NCBI GenBank assembly: GCA_964016885.1
Contig: OZ024740.1
Span: forward strand, 105,462,001 to 105,526,000
Source: Eledone cirrhosa
Lineage: Eukaryota
DNA: 64,000 nt
Reading direction: 5' to 3'
The translations under genes were made by a program, and so were the position numbers. The stretch's first letter is position 1. Each line of letters starts with the position of its first letter. Below the pieces are notes generated by a model, which searched no databases, had not been told where the DNA came from, and saw nothing but the letters and a program-made list of their open reading frames with translations. Below are positions 13,501 to 25,149 of this stretch, in pieces.

Positions 13501-14173
13501 TCAGTGGCCGTATCTCTGTTCCAGGTATTATTTATCTCAGTATTCAGATCATTGTCTGCTTCGGGTGGTTCCTCCGTTCTCAGGACCTCTTCACCTTCAT
13601 TTCCCACTGGCTCGCTTGTCTGGCATACTACACCCGCCATCTCCAAGCCATTCTCTCTGCTCAGTTCCTCCAGTTCCAGCTCGCTTATCCACCCATTAGT
13701 TCTTATTACCCGAGCCTGCCCGGCCAATTTTTGTTCATCTAATTTAAATAAACCAATCTCGTTCCAGATGTTATGCATCCGTCTCCTGTAGCCCCTCTCC
13801 TTGGGGTCACTTTTCAGGTAACATTGCATAACAGTTCTATTCAATTCTTTCGTCCAGTTGGTTCTGGCCCCTTTCCTTCTTCTCCTTCCTCCAACATCAG
13901 CAGTATTTGTTGACAGTCAGGTTCCTGCTGCTGAGCCAGGGGGCACCTGCTGGGTGAGAGTCTGTCACATGACGTTCTAGTCTCCATTTCACCGTTATTC
14001 GAACTGTTTATGTTCGATATTTAAACACTCTTATCGAGGATTGGCGAATGTATGGTTACATAGCCATCTGTGGATCCGCCATTCCACTTGGCCCTTGTGT
14101 GGCATTATCACCACGCTGTATACGAACACACATAAACAAACAAACACACAGGCAGAAAGGGCCCCCAAAATGA
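10521..14173 (-). mobile_element. R4/Dong-clade non-LTR retrotransposon, family B, near full length, in (TAA)n
   Basis: 1082-aa RT-RLE ORF; flanked by (TTA)n at 10468-10520 and 14174-14227. Confidence 0.95.
10596..13844 (-). CDS. R4/Dong RT + CCHC zinc finger + restriction-like endonuclease
   Basis: KSPGPDG, NYRPITCL, WIDYRKAFD, GIFQGDSLSP, HLLFMDD, CRICGEREETVAHIVSEC, RHD, NRPDLVV..VDVACP..K..Y; true start uncertain because the frame is interrupted just upstream. Confidence 0.92.
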   Translation of the reverse strand: MNRTVMQCYLKSDPKERGYRRRMHNIWNEIGLFKLDEQKLAGQARVIRTNGWISELELEELSRENGLEMAGVVCQTSEPVGNEGEEVLRTEEPPEADNDLNTEINNTWNRDTATEEMNADGLGQDSVDILNLVVDELNNDSGRPMNLRFVDRKKLKETTAKVNKVIPYLEARSLHQCNNILKATANTVRKLLGIKARGNNRQERAEPWWKKRLSGQIGEMRNDIGKLESLLNGTLKNIGTKNRLEIKYKTRRKKLNIIIEELKQRIVAKSAKIRRYENRVSQYKQNRMFDNNQKMLFGQLEGKERGNDLIPGAEQTKTFWRGIWEQDVRHNVQAGWIETVQREIGEQAQQQTDLSITVETLKGQAKKLTNWKSPGPDGVQGYWIKHLTSLHPKLTAMFNDCLVSGEVPEWLTKGTTVLIMKDRIKGNDVTNYRPITCLSVMWKLLTSIVSEEIYHHLHTNNLLPDEQKGYRKKSGGTKDQLLIDKMVMGNCRRRHTDLAMGWIDYRKAFDMVPHSWITKSLEIFRVADNIRQLLGRSLGSWETELTSTGVPLGSVKIKRGIFQGDSLSPLLFVLALMPLTIMLRKVRAGYKLGRGELTINHLLFMDDLKLFGKSEKELDVLVDTVRIFSSDICMQFGIGKCGVIVMRRGRLSRSNGIQIPTGEMIKEIDSEEGYKYLGVLEADGIKNKKMKELLRTEYIRRVRSVLKSHLNSRNAISAVNSRAVSIIRYSAGILRWNVAEKKEMVRKTRKLLTIYNMFHKRSDVDRLYLRRSEGGRGLISIEDCVQMEKNNLYKYVTYSKEPMLRTVLKEGTVGQGMSKEEITSRRKSSLKGKSLHSTFFEKTEFRDPQTWNWLRRGDLKKATEGMLMAAQEQALKTKWLKHHIYKEEASPLCRICGEREETVAHIVSECKHLAQTHYKGWRHDVMGRVIHWHLCKVNNLPHSEKWREHRPEAVMENNQVKVLWDFRIQTDKKLEHNRPDLVVVDKEKRSCLIVDVACPFDTRVQEKEREKINRYQDLKWEVKRIWNCHEVKVIPIVIGALGTISKGFQGWLKKIGPFTLFGTLQKACLLGTARTLRYVLNI

Positions 14174-14224
<51 letters not shown>

Positions 14225-14227
<3 letters not shown>

Positions 14228-14591
14228 TCATTTGAAAAGGAAAATCAGGGTAGAGAGGGAAGTGCTCTCTTCCCAGCATTTTGTTGAAAGATGGGTGAGA
14301 GAAGCAAGTATTGCCCGAGTGAATGGGCCTTCTCTGAGTATGTGTCTGTAAATTAAAGGTGTAAAACTGGGAGAGGGCACTTGCCCTGGTGGTCAGGGCC
14401 ACTGTGGTCTTTTAATGGGCTTTCTCCACAAATGTCCCTCGGAAGTCTCCCCCCTATTGGGGAATTTTTCATTGTTTTTTTTTTCACTGTTTTTTTTTTA
14501 CACGCAGAAATGCCCATTTGTACTGTCCTGTATTGTCCTGTACTGTCCTTAATGTCTACTTTATGTAAACCCTTGTGGTTAATAAAGAAAG

Positions 14592-14592
<1 letters not shown>
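14225..14592 (+). mobile_element. 5'-truncated Tx1-like element (last ~370 bp)
   Basis: Highly similar to 24548-24919; (ATT)n on both sides. Confidence 0.92.
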
Positions 14593-14625
<33 letters not shown>

Positions 14626-17600
14626 GAAAGTGAAGCCACGCTTCTTATTGCCTCCAGTTTTTTTTTCAACAAGTTACCTCGTTTTCAACCGTTCTAAACC
14701 TTTTATTCAAGTTTTAAACTTGATAAAAGTTTAGAAGAAGTGACCCATCTAATACAGGGGTTCACTCGTAAATAATACGGCACCACTTTACGGGGTGTCG
14801 TATTGTGTAAAATTATTATTTGAAAAAAAAAATTTCTTCCAACATGGATAACACAAGAAAGAGAGAGAGCGCTGTCAGACAACACAGAGAGCGGGAGACT
14901 TTGTCAACATATTAACAAGACAGCGTTCTAGCGAAGGTAAATATAAAAGAAAATATTACGAAGGAAAAGAGGAACAATATCATTTTTAATGATATTGTTA
15001 CAGATTTAAAATTACCAAATATTTCTAACACAAACAACAACACCATCAATAACAATAGCAACAACAAAAATAACAGCGGTAAGGTCGAGAACGACAATAA
15101 CAATGACAATAACAACAGCCACAACAACGATAATAGTAGGAACAGTATCAACAAAAATAACAATAATAACAACAGCCACAATAACAGTAACAACAGCAAC
15201 AGTATCAACGAAAACAACAACAACAACAGCAACAACAGTACTAACGAAAACATCAACAATGACATCGATACCTGTACCAGCGATCTCAGCACCACCAGTA
15301 AGACCAGTAGCGGCAGCAATAGTGGTGCTGCTGAAAAAGGGACCACTTCTTTTGCTGGTTCGCCCGAAATATCGAAATAGTGTTAGTCACAGAGGAGGAG
15401 ATGGCAGTCGCAAGGGCCATGGTGACAAGAAACACTAATAGAGTCTCCCTGAAACCTCCACCCGATTTTTTTAAGGACCAGCAGCTACGGACGGTGACTT
15501 ACCGCACCGTAAGCAAAATTTCACATCAAGTGGAGAGAGCCATGGAGGCTCAAATCCCAAAGGCCTTGGGGTGCGTCTGGGCGCGCAAAACCCACATCAC
15601 CTGAGGCAGAAAGTACGCCACAGTAGACGTACTTTTCGCCACCCCCCAAGAAGCGAAGTCTCACTCTTTGGAAACCCTAAAGAGTGAGGAGATAGTCTTG
15701 GTGCTCTCCTACTGCGGGCAGAAAATTGTGAAGGTCAAAGTGACCCAGGTCCCACCCGACGTACCCATACCTTGGCTGGCTGCGTCCGTCCTTGCTGGAA
15801 TCGAGGACAGGACGACCATGCTGCAAGTAGAGAAAATAGGGAGAGAGAACTGGTCAGGTATAGGCATGCAAATGCTTATACAAACTGACCAGGAATGTAT
15901 CGACGCTATCCCCAATATCATAGACCTCTAGGAAGAACTCCAATTTTCTATAAGCGTGGAAGGAAGACGGCCAAAATGTTATCTCTGTGGGTCAAAGGGT
16001 CACCTCAGGGCCTTTTGCCCGCAGAAGACAGCGAAGAAGACGGCCTCTCTCCTTCCAATACATGGTCCGCTGCTACCAAGAGCAGGGCAGGCAACAAACG
16101 CAGAAGCCCCTCCCACAGTGAGTAGGAGGGCAACGTCCGTGGCACCCGTACCAAGGCCACAATAACTAAAGCAGCAGCATCAGTGGCAGCAACACCAGTA
16201 GCTACATTTGCAGTAGCTGCACCAGCAACAAAATCGTCGGAGAGGGCTCCACTACCACCACCAACAGCCGTGGAGCACATACCCCTTCCAGACGCCACGG
16301 AATCCGACATGGAGTCTGAGGCGGGAGTGAAGTGGAAAACGGTCTGCCGCAAAAAAGAAAAAAGAAAAAAACCCTTAGCTTCGCCCTCCAAAAGCGAAGG
16401 CACACAAAGAGGGGTAAAGGCTGCAAGGAGACTTGCAGCAACACCACCACCATCACCATCACCACCACAAGCACCACCGCCAACAACAACCACACCACCA
16501 CCAGCATCACCAAAAAACACCAACAACGCAAACACAACAAAACACACACACCCAACAGCAACAAGAAGAAAACAGCAACAAAATCACCCCCTCCCCCCAA
16601 AAGTACACAGTCATAAACATGGCAAATAAAGAACTCATACAACATATGAAGCAGCTCACAGACATCACAGAAAAAAACTACTACACCCCCACCAACACCA
16701 AATTCAAAATAGAACAGTACAAATTTTAATACAAAAATTCCCCAACGCAGTTGGAGACTTCAGAGGGTCGGTTACCAAGAGGATATACACTGACATCCTC
16801 TTGAAAACACCCATGACCAGCCAAAGGGACGGTTCCATTGTCCCTTCACCACACGATCAAGGTAAGTGACCCTTTCTCACTTGCCCCGTTTCTCATCCAA
16901 CATTGCTGTACTTAGAATAGGCAGTATAAATGCACGTGGCCTGGGGTCATCATGGAAGCAGGGTCACCTGCTCAACGACCTCAGGTCACTAAACATAGAT
17001 GTGGTGGCCATCAGCGAGACCATAATCACCGAAGTACGAATCTTCTTCGGCGGCTACGATGTATACGCATCTCCCAGCCGTCCAGAATCGGGGGGAGGGG
17101 TTGCCGTCCTTTTTCGGAGAGGCTTCGATCTTCCTAGACCCAGAAGGTAAGTTGGTGGTGCTGGACGTGACCGGCAGCGAAGGCAATGCTTTCAGGCTAG
17201 TAGCCGTCTACGCCCCAACATGGGCAGGACGGCCAGATTTCTTCAGACGTCTAGAGACCTTTCTTGGAACGTCCCGCTCTTTAGTGTCAGTGGGAGACTG
17301 GAACGGTATCTTGGATGCACGCTGGGATTGTGTGGGGCTAGTGGATAGGGGAGGAGGGTGCAAGAGCCTCACCAACCTGCTCAGACGTTTTGAACTGTCT
17401 GACAGGTATCGGCTGGATCACCCGAATGTGCCAATGTGGACATGGACAAACCGCATCGTGTCCTCCAGATCGTATCTCGATAGGGTATTCTGCAGAGAAC
17501 TAGATAAGGCTAGTATAAGTTGTCCACAATTTAAAATAGTCGACTACACAGACCACAAATTTGTGATCTGTGAGATCGACATAGACAGACTTCATAGACA

Positions 17601-18497
17601 AGGGCCCGGTTACTAGCAGCTGAACGTGTCTTTCCCGGCGCGCAAAGCCTACAGAGACCGGATTATCGTATTAGTTAAGAGGGCGTTGTCGGGAGCGGTC
17701 GTCAACAACAGGTGGGGGTTCGTCCTGAAAAGGGCAATTAAAGTAGAGTCGATTAGGTTTAGCAAAGGACTAGTGATAGAGGAAAATAGAGTAGAGGGAG
17801 AGCTAGTCAGAAAACTAGAAGAGGCGTTTAGGAAAGGCATCGCAACCGACGTGCTTGCGGCGAGATTGGAACTCGACCAATTCTTCAACGCAAAACACGA
17901 AGGCTGCATTGTCAGAGCTAGAGCGCGTGTCTGAAACACGAGGGGACAAAAGCCGTCCAATGGGCCCAGGTGCCAGAGGCGTGACGTGGCAACAAAGCCA
18001 CAATTCGGCCTTTGTCTGACCAAAACGGGTGCGTGCTGCTCGAACCCGAGCAGATGTGTGAAGCTTTTCAGCAGCACTTTGCTGAACTGTTCGGGAGCAG
18101 CGGCGGCCCGGATCGGGGCATGGACTTCAGTGCATACCTCGACGGACTGCCTCGGCTCTCGACGATCGCAGCACAATGTTGCGAAAAGCCAGTGAAATAC
18201 GGGAAGCGATGGCTAACTGCATGAGGGGTAAATCGCCAGGTTTGGATGGTCTGCCCTACGAGCTTTATGCATTTATGCCAGACTTGTTTGGTGACCTCTT
18301 GGCAGACGTCTACTGCAACTGGCAACAAAACGGGAGCATTCCCCGTTTTGTGAGCCGGGGAGCGGTGGTGCTGCTGAGAAAAGACCCAAACAAGGGGGAT
18401 GTTATCGATAATTTCAGGCCTATAACCCTGCTAAACGCAGAGTTCAAGATTTTGGCCAAGGTGTTAGCAACCAGGTTGGCGCTTGTCGTCAAGGGTC
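14626..18497 (+). mobile_element. Tx1/L1-like element, 5' part (ORF1 + APE + start of RT), decayed and 3'-deleted
   Basis: ORF1 knuckle CYLCGSKGHLRAFC; ORF2 SINARGL, VYAP, GDWN, LDR, TDH, KSPGLDG, NFRPITLLN; stops and frameshifts. Confidence 0.92.
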
Positions 18498-18499
18498 CT

Positions 18500-18955
18500 T
18501 ACGCTCCTTACTCTCCGAATGTATTCAGATCTTATCAATTCCTTCATTTTTTTTGTTCTTGATATCATCAGCCTCCAGAACACCCAAATACTTGTATCCT
18601 TCTTCAGTGTCAATTTCCTTTATCATCTCACCTGTTGGATTCCGTTGCTTCTGCTCAATTTACCCCTCTTCATCACAAGGACTCCACTCTTACTAATACC
18701 AAATTGCATACATATATCATTGCTGAAAATACGTACAGTGTCAACAAGCACATCCAACTCCTCACTCTTCCCGAAGAGCTTAAGATCGTCCATGAAGAGG
18801 AGGTGATTGATGGTAAGCTCTCCCTTTCCCAACTTGTATTCTGCTCTCACTTTTCGCAGCATAATGGTTAGGGGCATCAGGGCAAGGACAAACAACAGAG
18901 CGGACAGACTATCTCCCTGGAAGATACCTCTCTTGATCTTCACGCCTCCCAAGGA
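18500..18955 (-). mobile_element. Internal RT fragment of Dong family B
   Basis: Aligns to 11731-12195; GIFQGDSLS..HLLFMDDLKLF. Confidence 0.92.
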
Positions 18956-18967
18956 TTCTCGAGCTGA

Positions 18968-19019
<52 letters not shown>

Positions 19020-19227
19020 GGCGACCTACGTAGTAAATCGTATCATCGTGAGCTCCGCAAAGGTTTGTTATTTCCGTTTGTTAAAAATTGCCATTTATGG
19101 AAAATTTTATTGTTAACCATATATAAGCGCACATACATTGTTTTCCGAAAAGGACACCCAAAAAGATTGGGGCCTTGTGCCCAAAATTTAAACTTTTATT
19201 ATTATCAAAAAATTTCCTTGAAAAAAA

Positions 19228-21215
19228 ATGGTTAATTCACCTCTGCACCAAGCAGCTGAGAGCCTTTCTCACAAATTAACACCTCACACCGACACCACCA
19301 TTGTAAATGTTACTACGTTTGCCAACACTAAACAAAATATAAGCACTAGCAATATTTTTAATTTGTCTCAGGCAGACATTCATTTCCCGCCATTACCAAT
19401 GACTGCAGGTGTTAAAGCCTCCACCACCACCACCACCGCGACAACCACCACCCCCACCGCCACCGCGACAACAGAAACAAAAGAAGAAAAAAATAAATTA
19501 ACTCGTGATGTCGAAATGAAGTCAAGCAAAATGGACTCTTCCCCAGCAAAGACGACTGACGTCACCAGCACCACAACTGAAACTAAAATTAATATTAACA
19601 CAAATAACGATAGCAACAACAACAACAATGACATTATAAAAACGACCCTCAGTTTTGCCAGAGTAGCAAAACAGTTCGAAGCATATAACGGTAACTCAGG
19701 ACGATTTAGAAAATGCCAAACAACTGGTAAAGAGAGATGGGTACAGGGTCAGCCTCACCCCCCACCTAATAAAATGGAGCATCGGCGCCTATGCACCGTG
19801 TCGTATCGAACAATAAATGTAAAATCGCGCCGAGTGGAACGGGCATCCGAGTCCCAAATCCAAAAAGCTTTGGGACATGTGTGGGCAAGAAAAACCCACA
19901 TCAGACGTGGGCAGAAGTATGGAACCGTGGACGTGTTCTTTGAAACACCAGAGGAGGCTAGAGAACACTCCATGGCCCCATTAAGAAGTGACGACTTCAC
20001 ACTCGTCCCAAGCTATTGTGGCCAGAGACTCGTAAAGATCAGGGTGACCCACGTTCCACCGGCTATCGAAATTCCCTGGCTAATAGCGGCCGTCCTCGCC
20101 GGCATCGAAGCCAACACAAAAATAATAGCAATAGCAAAAGAAAAGCAGGAGAACTGGTCCGGATCTGGGATGGAGCTCCTGATCCAAGCGGACCAAAAAA
20201 GCAGTGAGGAGATCCCAGAGGTAATAGACCTCACTGACGGCAGCCACCTCACGGTAATTGTCGAGGGCAGAAGACCTAGGTGTGTCGTTTGTGGTGAAGG
20301 AACCCACCTAAGGGCTTTCTGCCCTCAGGCTAAAAGGTTAGGCCACCTCTCCTACCCACCCCAGTGACACAACCATCAACACCACCAGTAGCAGAGATGG
20401 CAGCAACAACTGTAGCAGCAACAACAGAACCAACTATAACAGCAACAACCCCAGCAACAGTAGCGAAACCAACACCACCACCACCACCAGCAAAACCAAC
20501 ACCACCACCACCCAACACTTCAGAACTAGCGCCAGCGCCTACACCATCCACCACGCCACAACCAAAACTAACGCCTGTGGAGGATTTTCCACTCCCCGGC
20601 CTATCACAACTGGAGACAGATTGTGACGACGAGGAGTCGGAAACGATATCCGGAAAAAAAAAGAAACCAAAAAAGAAAAAATTCTCTTCCTTCCCCCTCC
20701 AAAAACAAAATACAGAGGGAAACAAATAAATTAAGAAACAAAAAAGTTAGGACAGATATGCCACCATCCACACCAGCATCACCAACCCCATCACCACAAA
20801 CACCAACACCATCACCATCATTAACCCCAACACCACCATCACCTACACCACAAAAGTCACCAAAATGCGAAACAGAAACAAACCCACAACAAACGCAAAC
20901 AAAACAAAACAACCAAAACGATACACACTACACAGCATCAAATTTGAACAACAAGCAATTATTACACTACATCCAACACAACACCAGCATCACAGAAAAA
21001 GACTACACAACGACCCCAAAATTCACACCACCTCCACACATACAAATCACTCGCATCACACAGAAAACGTACATGACACTAAAAAAAAAAATTCCCCAAA
21101 GACATCGGAGACTTCCGACAAGCACTCTCCAGGAGGATTTATAAGGACATCCTTCCTGAGGAGGCCACAAGCAGTGAAAAGGATGGAAAAGCCGTCCTTC
21201 CCCTACGAGAAGTAA
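19228..21215 (+). pseudogene. Tx1-like ORF1 (RNA-binding, CCHC knuckle, Pro/Thr-rich tail), frame-disrupted after 20367
   Basis: CVVCGEGTHLRAFC; homologous to 15400-16870. Confidence 0.8.
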
Positions 21216-21254
21216 GGTAAGTGGTCTTTCTCATCTTTTCCACTCCTTTTCAAC

Positions 21255-24200
21255 ATGACCTCACTCAGAATAGGCAGCATAAATGCGCGTGGCTTGGGGT
21301 CTTCATGGAAGCATGGCCACCTGCTCAACGACCTCAGGTCACTAAACATAGATGTAGTGGCCATCAGCGAGACCAGAATCTCCGAAGCACAGGCTTTCGC
21401 ACCGATCTTCGGCGGCTATGATGTGTACGCATCTCCCAGCCGTCCGGGATCGGGGGAGGAGTTGCTGTGCTTTTTCGGAGAGGTTTGGATCTTGCCATAC
21501 GGGCCATCTTCCTGGACCCAGAAGGTAAGTTGGTGGTGCTGGACGTGACCAGCGGAGACAGGCAAGCTTTCAGGTTAGTGGCCGTCTATGCCCCGACAGG
21601 AGCAGGGCGGCCTGATTTCTTCCGGCGTCTGGAGACCTTTCTTGGAACGTCCCGCTCTTTAGTGTTAGTGGGCGACTGGAACGGGATCTTAGATGCACGC
21701 TGGGATTGTGTGGGATTAGTGGATAGGGAAGGAGGGTGCAAGAGTCTCACCAACCTGCTCAGACGTTTTGAACTGTCTGACAGGTACCGAATGGATTTCC
21801 CGAATGTACCAATGTGGACTTGGACAAATCGCATAGGGTCATCCAGATCATATCTAGATAGAGTATTTTGTAGGGAAATAGATAGGTCTAGCATAGGCTG
21901 TCCACAATTCAAGATAGTCAGCTACACGGACCACAAATTCGTGATCTGTGTGCTTGACTTAGACAGGCTTCATAGACGAGGACCCGGCTACTGGAAGCTA
22001 AACGCGTCCTTACCAGTGCGCAAGGCCTACAGAGACCGGATTAGCGAACTAGTTAAGCGGGCGTTGACGGGGACCATCGTCAACAACAAGTGGTGGTTTG
22101 CTCTGAAAAGAGCAATTAGAATAGAGTCCATTAGGTTTAGTAAGACTTTAGCAATAGAGAAAAATAGAGCAGAGGGAGAATTAGTTAGAAAATTAGATGA
22201 GGCGCTTAGCAAAGGCATCGCCACCGACGTACTTGCGGCGAAATTGGCCCTTGACCAATTCTTCAATGCAAAGCACGAAGGCTGCATTGTCAGAGCTAGG
22301 GTGCGTGCTCTCAGACACGAGGGGACGAAAGCCGTTCAATGGGCCCGAGTGGCGGAGGTGCGTCGTGGCAACAAAGCCACGATCCGGTCTTTGGTGGACC
22401 ACGACGGGCGCATGCTACTGGATCCCGGGCAAATATGTGAAGCTTTTCAGCGACACTTCGCTCAACTGTTCGGGGGCAGTGGCGGGCCGGATCGAGGGAT
22501 GGACTTTAGTGTCTACCTCGACGGACTGCCGCGGCTTTCGGCCACTGAGGCGGAGTGTTGCGAAAAGCCGATAACAACCGCTGAAGTACGGGATGCAATG
22601 ACTGGTTGCACAAGGGGTAAATCGCCTGGTTTGGATGGTCTGCCCTATGAACTTTACGTACAAATGCCAAACTTGTTCGGAGGCCTCATGGCGGACGTCT
22701 ACTGCCACTGGCAACAGAACGGGAGAATTCCCAGCTCTGTGAGCCGAGGAGCGATGGCGCTGCTGAGAAAGGATCCGAACAAGGGGGATAACACAGATAA
22801 CTTTAGGCCCATAACTCTGCTAAACACAGAGTTCAAGATTTTGGCCAAGGTGCTAGCAAAGAGGTTGGTGCTTGTCGTTGGTGGTCTGGTGGGAGAGGCA
22901 CAGACATGCGCCATTCCCGACAGATCCATCCACGACAACCTCCACCTCATGCGATACATCGTAGAGAGGGTAGCTAGGGAACCAGGCACGGGTGGGTCTT
23001 TGATCAATTTAGATCAGTCGAAAGCTTTCGGTAGGGTCGACCATCGTTACCTATCGGCAGTCCTGAGGGCGGCTGGCTTTGTGCTCGTCTTCAGAGGCTG
23101 GATCGCTGCCATGCACAGCGACATCTGCTCTGTGGTGAGAGTGAACGGTCACCTTTCGGAACCGTTCAACATCATGCGCTCGGTCCGCCAAGGATGTCTC
23201 CTCTCGTCCCTATTGTACGTATTGACTCTCGAGCCATTACTGCACAAACTGGAGACGTTGAGGGGGGGTCCCGCGCGAACTAGGATGCGGAAGATCCGTG
23301 TCAGCATATGCCAACGAGGTCACTGTAGTGGTGTCGAACGCCAAACACATCGAGGCGATCGGCACTACACTAAGAGAATACGAACCGGTGACAGGAGCAA
23401 TGATCAACCAGGAAAAGTCAGTGGTCCTGCAGCTCGGCACCTGGAGAGGCAAGTCCATGCCGTCCAACAGCGTCGTCGGGCGCTGGACGGACGGACCGGT
23501 TAAATTGCTAGGGGTCTGGTTCGGTCCAGACCTCCAGACGGACAAAAACTGGGACGAGGTGACGAGCAGGGTGGCTTCTCTCACCCAGAAATGGGCGGAG
23601 AGGAAGCTATCCCTGAAAGATCGAGCGGAGGTGGCGAATGCGTACATCGCATCAGTCATCTACTACCGCCTGACCGTCGTACCTTGTCCTAAGCCCCGCC
23701 TGACTGCGCTGGAGCGTTTGCTCTTTCGCTTCTTGTGGAAGGGACGCGCTCCGATGGTCAGGCGGTCCATCTGCTGTCAACACCCGCTACGTGGAGGGCT
23801 GGGCATGCCGTGGCTGATGATGCGCAGACACGCGCTCAGGCTACGACATCTCCACCTCTTCCTCGACGGTGATCAGGTGTGGTCGCCGCATGCTAGACAC
23901 GTTTTTCCCCAGCTCGTCTCCTTGACGGAGCTGCAGTCCTGGGTCAAGCGAAGACCGAGAGGGAGCGCTTGGAGACTGGAATGTCTTCAGGCGCTCACAG
24001 CCCTCGACCAATCGGGCAATGTGATCGGTGGAAACTCCACCTTGGCGTTCTATAGGGGATTAGTGGAGGGGAAGAGCGACGACGTACTTGGAGAAACTTT
24101 AGGCGTCGACGAAAATCAACTAGCCAATCTCTTCGGAAGGACTTTCGGGCCGGGGCCTATAGACAACTTCCAGAAATCCCTGGCCTGGCAGTGCTACCGG

Positions 24201-24674
24201 GGTGCTTTGCCAGTTCGGGATAAACTTTACAGGCATGGAGGTGCCGTCAGCCGGGCATGTCCGAGATGCGCGTAGGACGCCGAAACCGTCCTGCACGCAC
24301 TCGTCCAGTGTCCGAGCATTGCTGACTTGAGGGTTTATGTCGAACACCTGCTGTCACGTGTGGGACGGATCCAGCTATCAGCTGAGTCCATCGTGAGGAT
24401 TGCCCCGCCCTCTTCCTTTAGCCGGGAAGGGCAGGCAGTTTTTATCTGTCTGGTGGCCATGGCGAAAGAGATAGTATGGTGGACACGTTTGAAAGGGCTG
24501 AAGACGAGCACTTACCTCTTCGGTGATGCCCTGATTAACTTTTTCAAATTTCATCTGCAACGGAAAATCAGGGTAGAGAGGGAAGTGCTCTCTTCCCAGC
24601 ATTTTGTTGAAAGATGGGTGAGAGAAGCAAGTATGGCCCGAATGAATGGGCCTTCTCTGAGTATGTGTTTGTAA
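21255..24674 (+). pseudogene. Tx1-like ORF2 (APE endonuclease, RT, C-terminal Cys finger), inactivated
   Basis: GSINARGL, GDWN, TDH, NLDQSKAF, VRQGC, YANEV (expected YADD), CPRC..ET..H...C; two frameshifts and one stop. Confidence 0.92.
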
Positions 24675-24941
24675 ATTAAAGGTGGAAAACTGGGAGAGGG
24701 CACTTGCCCTGGTGGTCAGGGCCACTGTGGTCTTTTAATGGGCTTTCTCCACAAATGTCCCTCGGAAGTCTCCCCCCCTATTGGGGAATTTTTCTTTGTT
24801 ATTTTATTTCATCCTCTGTTTTTTTTACACGCAGAAATGCCCATTTGTACCGTCCTGTATTGTCCTGTACTGTCCTTAATGTCTATTTTATGTAAACCTT
24901 TGTGGTTAATAAAGAAAACATTATTATTATTATTATTATTA

Positions 24942-25006
24942 CAGTTGCATTTATCTTGCTTTATGTTCATACGAGTTATCACAAAGTCACAACCAGTGAC
25001 CTCAAG
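24942..25006 (-). mobile_element. 65-bp 3' end of Dong family A
   Basis: Near-identical to 6671-6735. Confidence 0.9.
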
Positions 25007-25091
25007 TGAAGGGAGCTAGTTGGTCAGTCGTGCTCTCTGTCTCTGATTTTTCGGACCCATAGTTTTTACATATTCCTTTGTTATATTTCGA

Positions 25092-25149
25092 ATACCTGAT
25101 GATATCACCGGATTCATATAGAACCCGGTCATTGAAGTGATCATAGTAT
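25092..25149 (+). ncRNA. Type I hammerhead motif (GAAA>GAAG)
   Basis: atac-CTGATGA-..accgg..ccggt..-GAAG-tgatca-TA-gtat. Confidence 0.7.

Larger units (their letters stand above)
19020..24919 (+). mobile_element. Full-length Tx1/L1-like non-LTR retrotransposon with (ATT)n tail
   Basis: 5'UTR, ORF1, ORF2 (APE-RT-Cys finger), 3'UTR with AATAAA; (ATT)n on both sides. Confidence 0.95.

Noticed and set aside
13920-14173. HDV-like ribozyme at the Dong B 5' end (GGGGGCC start)
   Set aside because: Could not assemble the P2/P3/P1.1 pseudoknot by eye; needs an RNArobo/Infernal search
21210-21270. GTAAGT donor plus pyrimidine tract at the ORF1/ORF2 boundary in both Tx1 copies
   Set aside because: Splicing to the nearest AG does not fuse the frames, and the donor lies after the ORF1 stop in one copy
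6641-24941. CRISPR-like or telomeric array
   Set aside because: Spacers are retrotransposons and the repeats are (TTA)n; no TTAGGG and no cas genes
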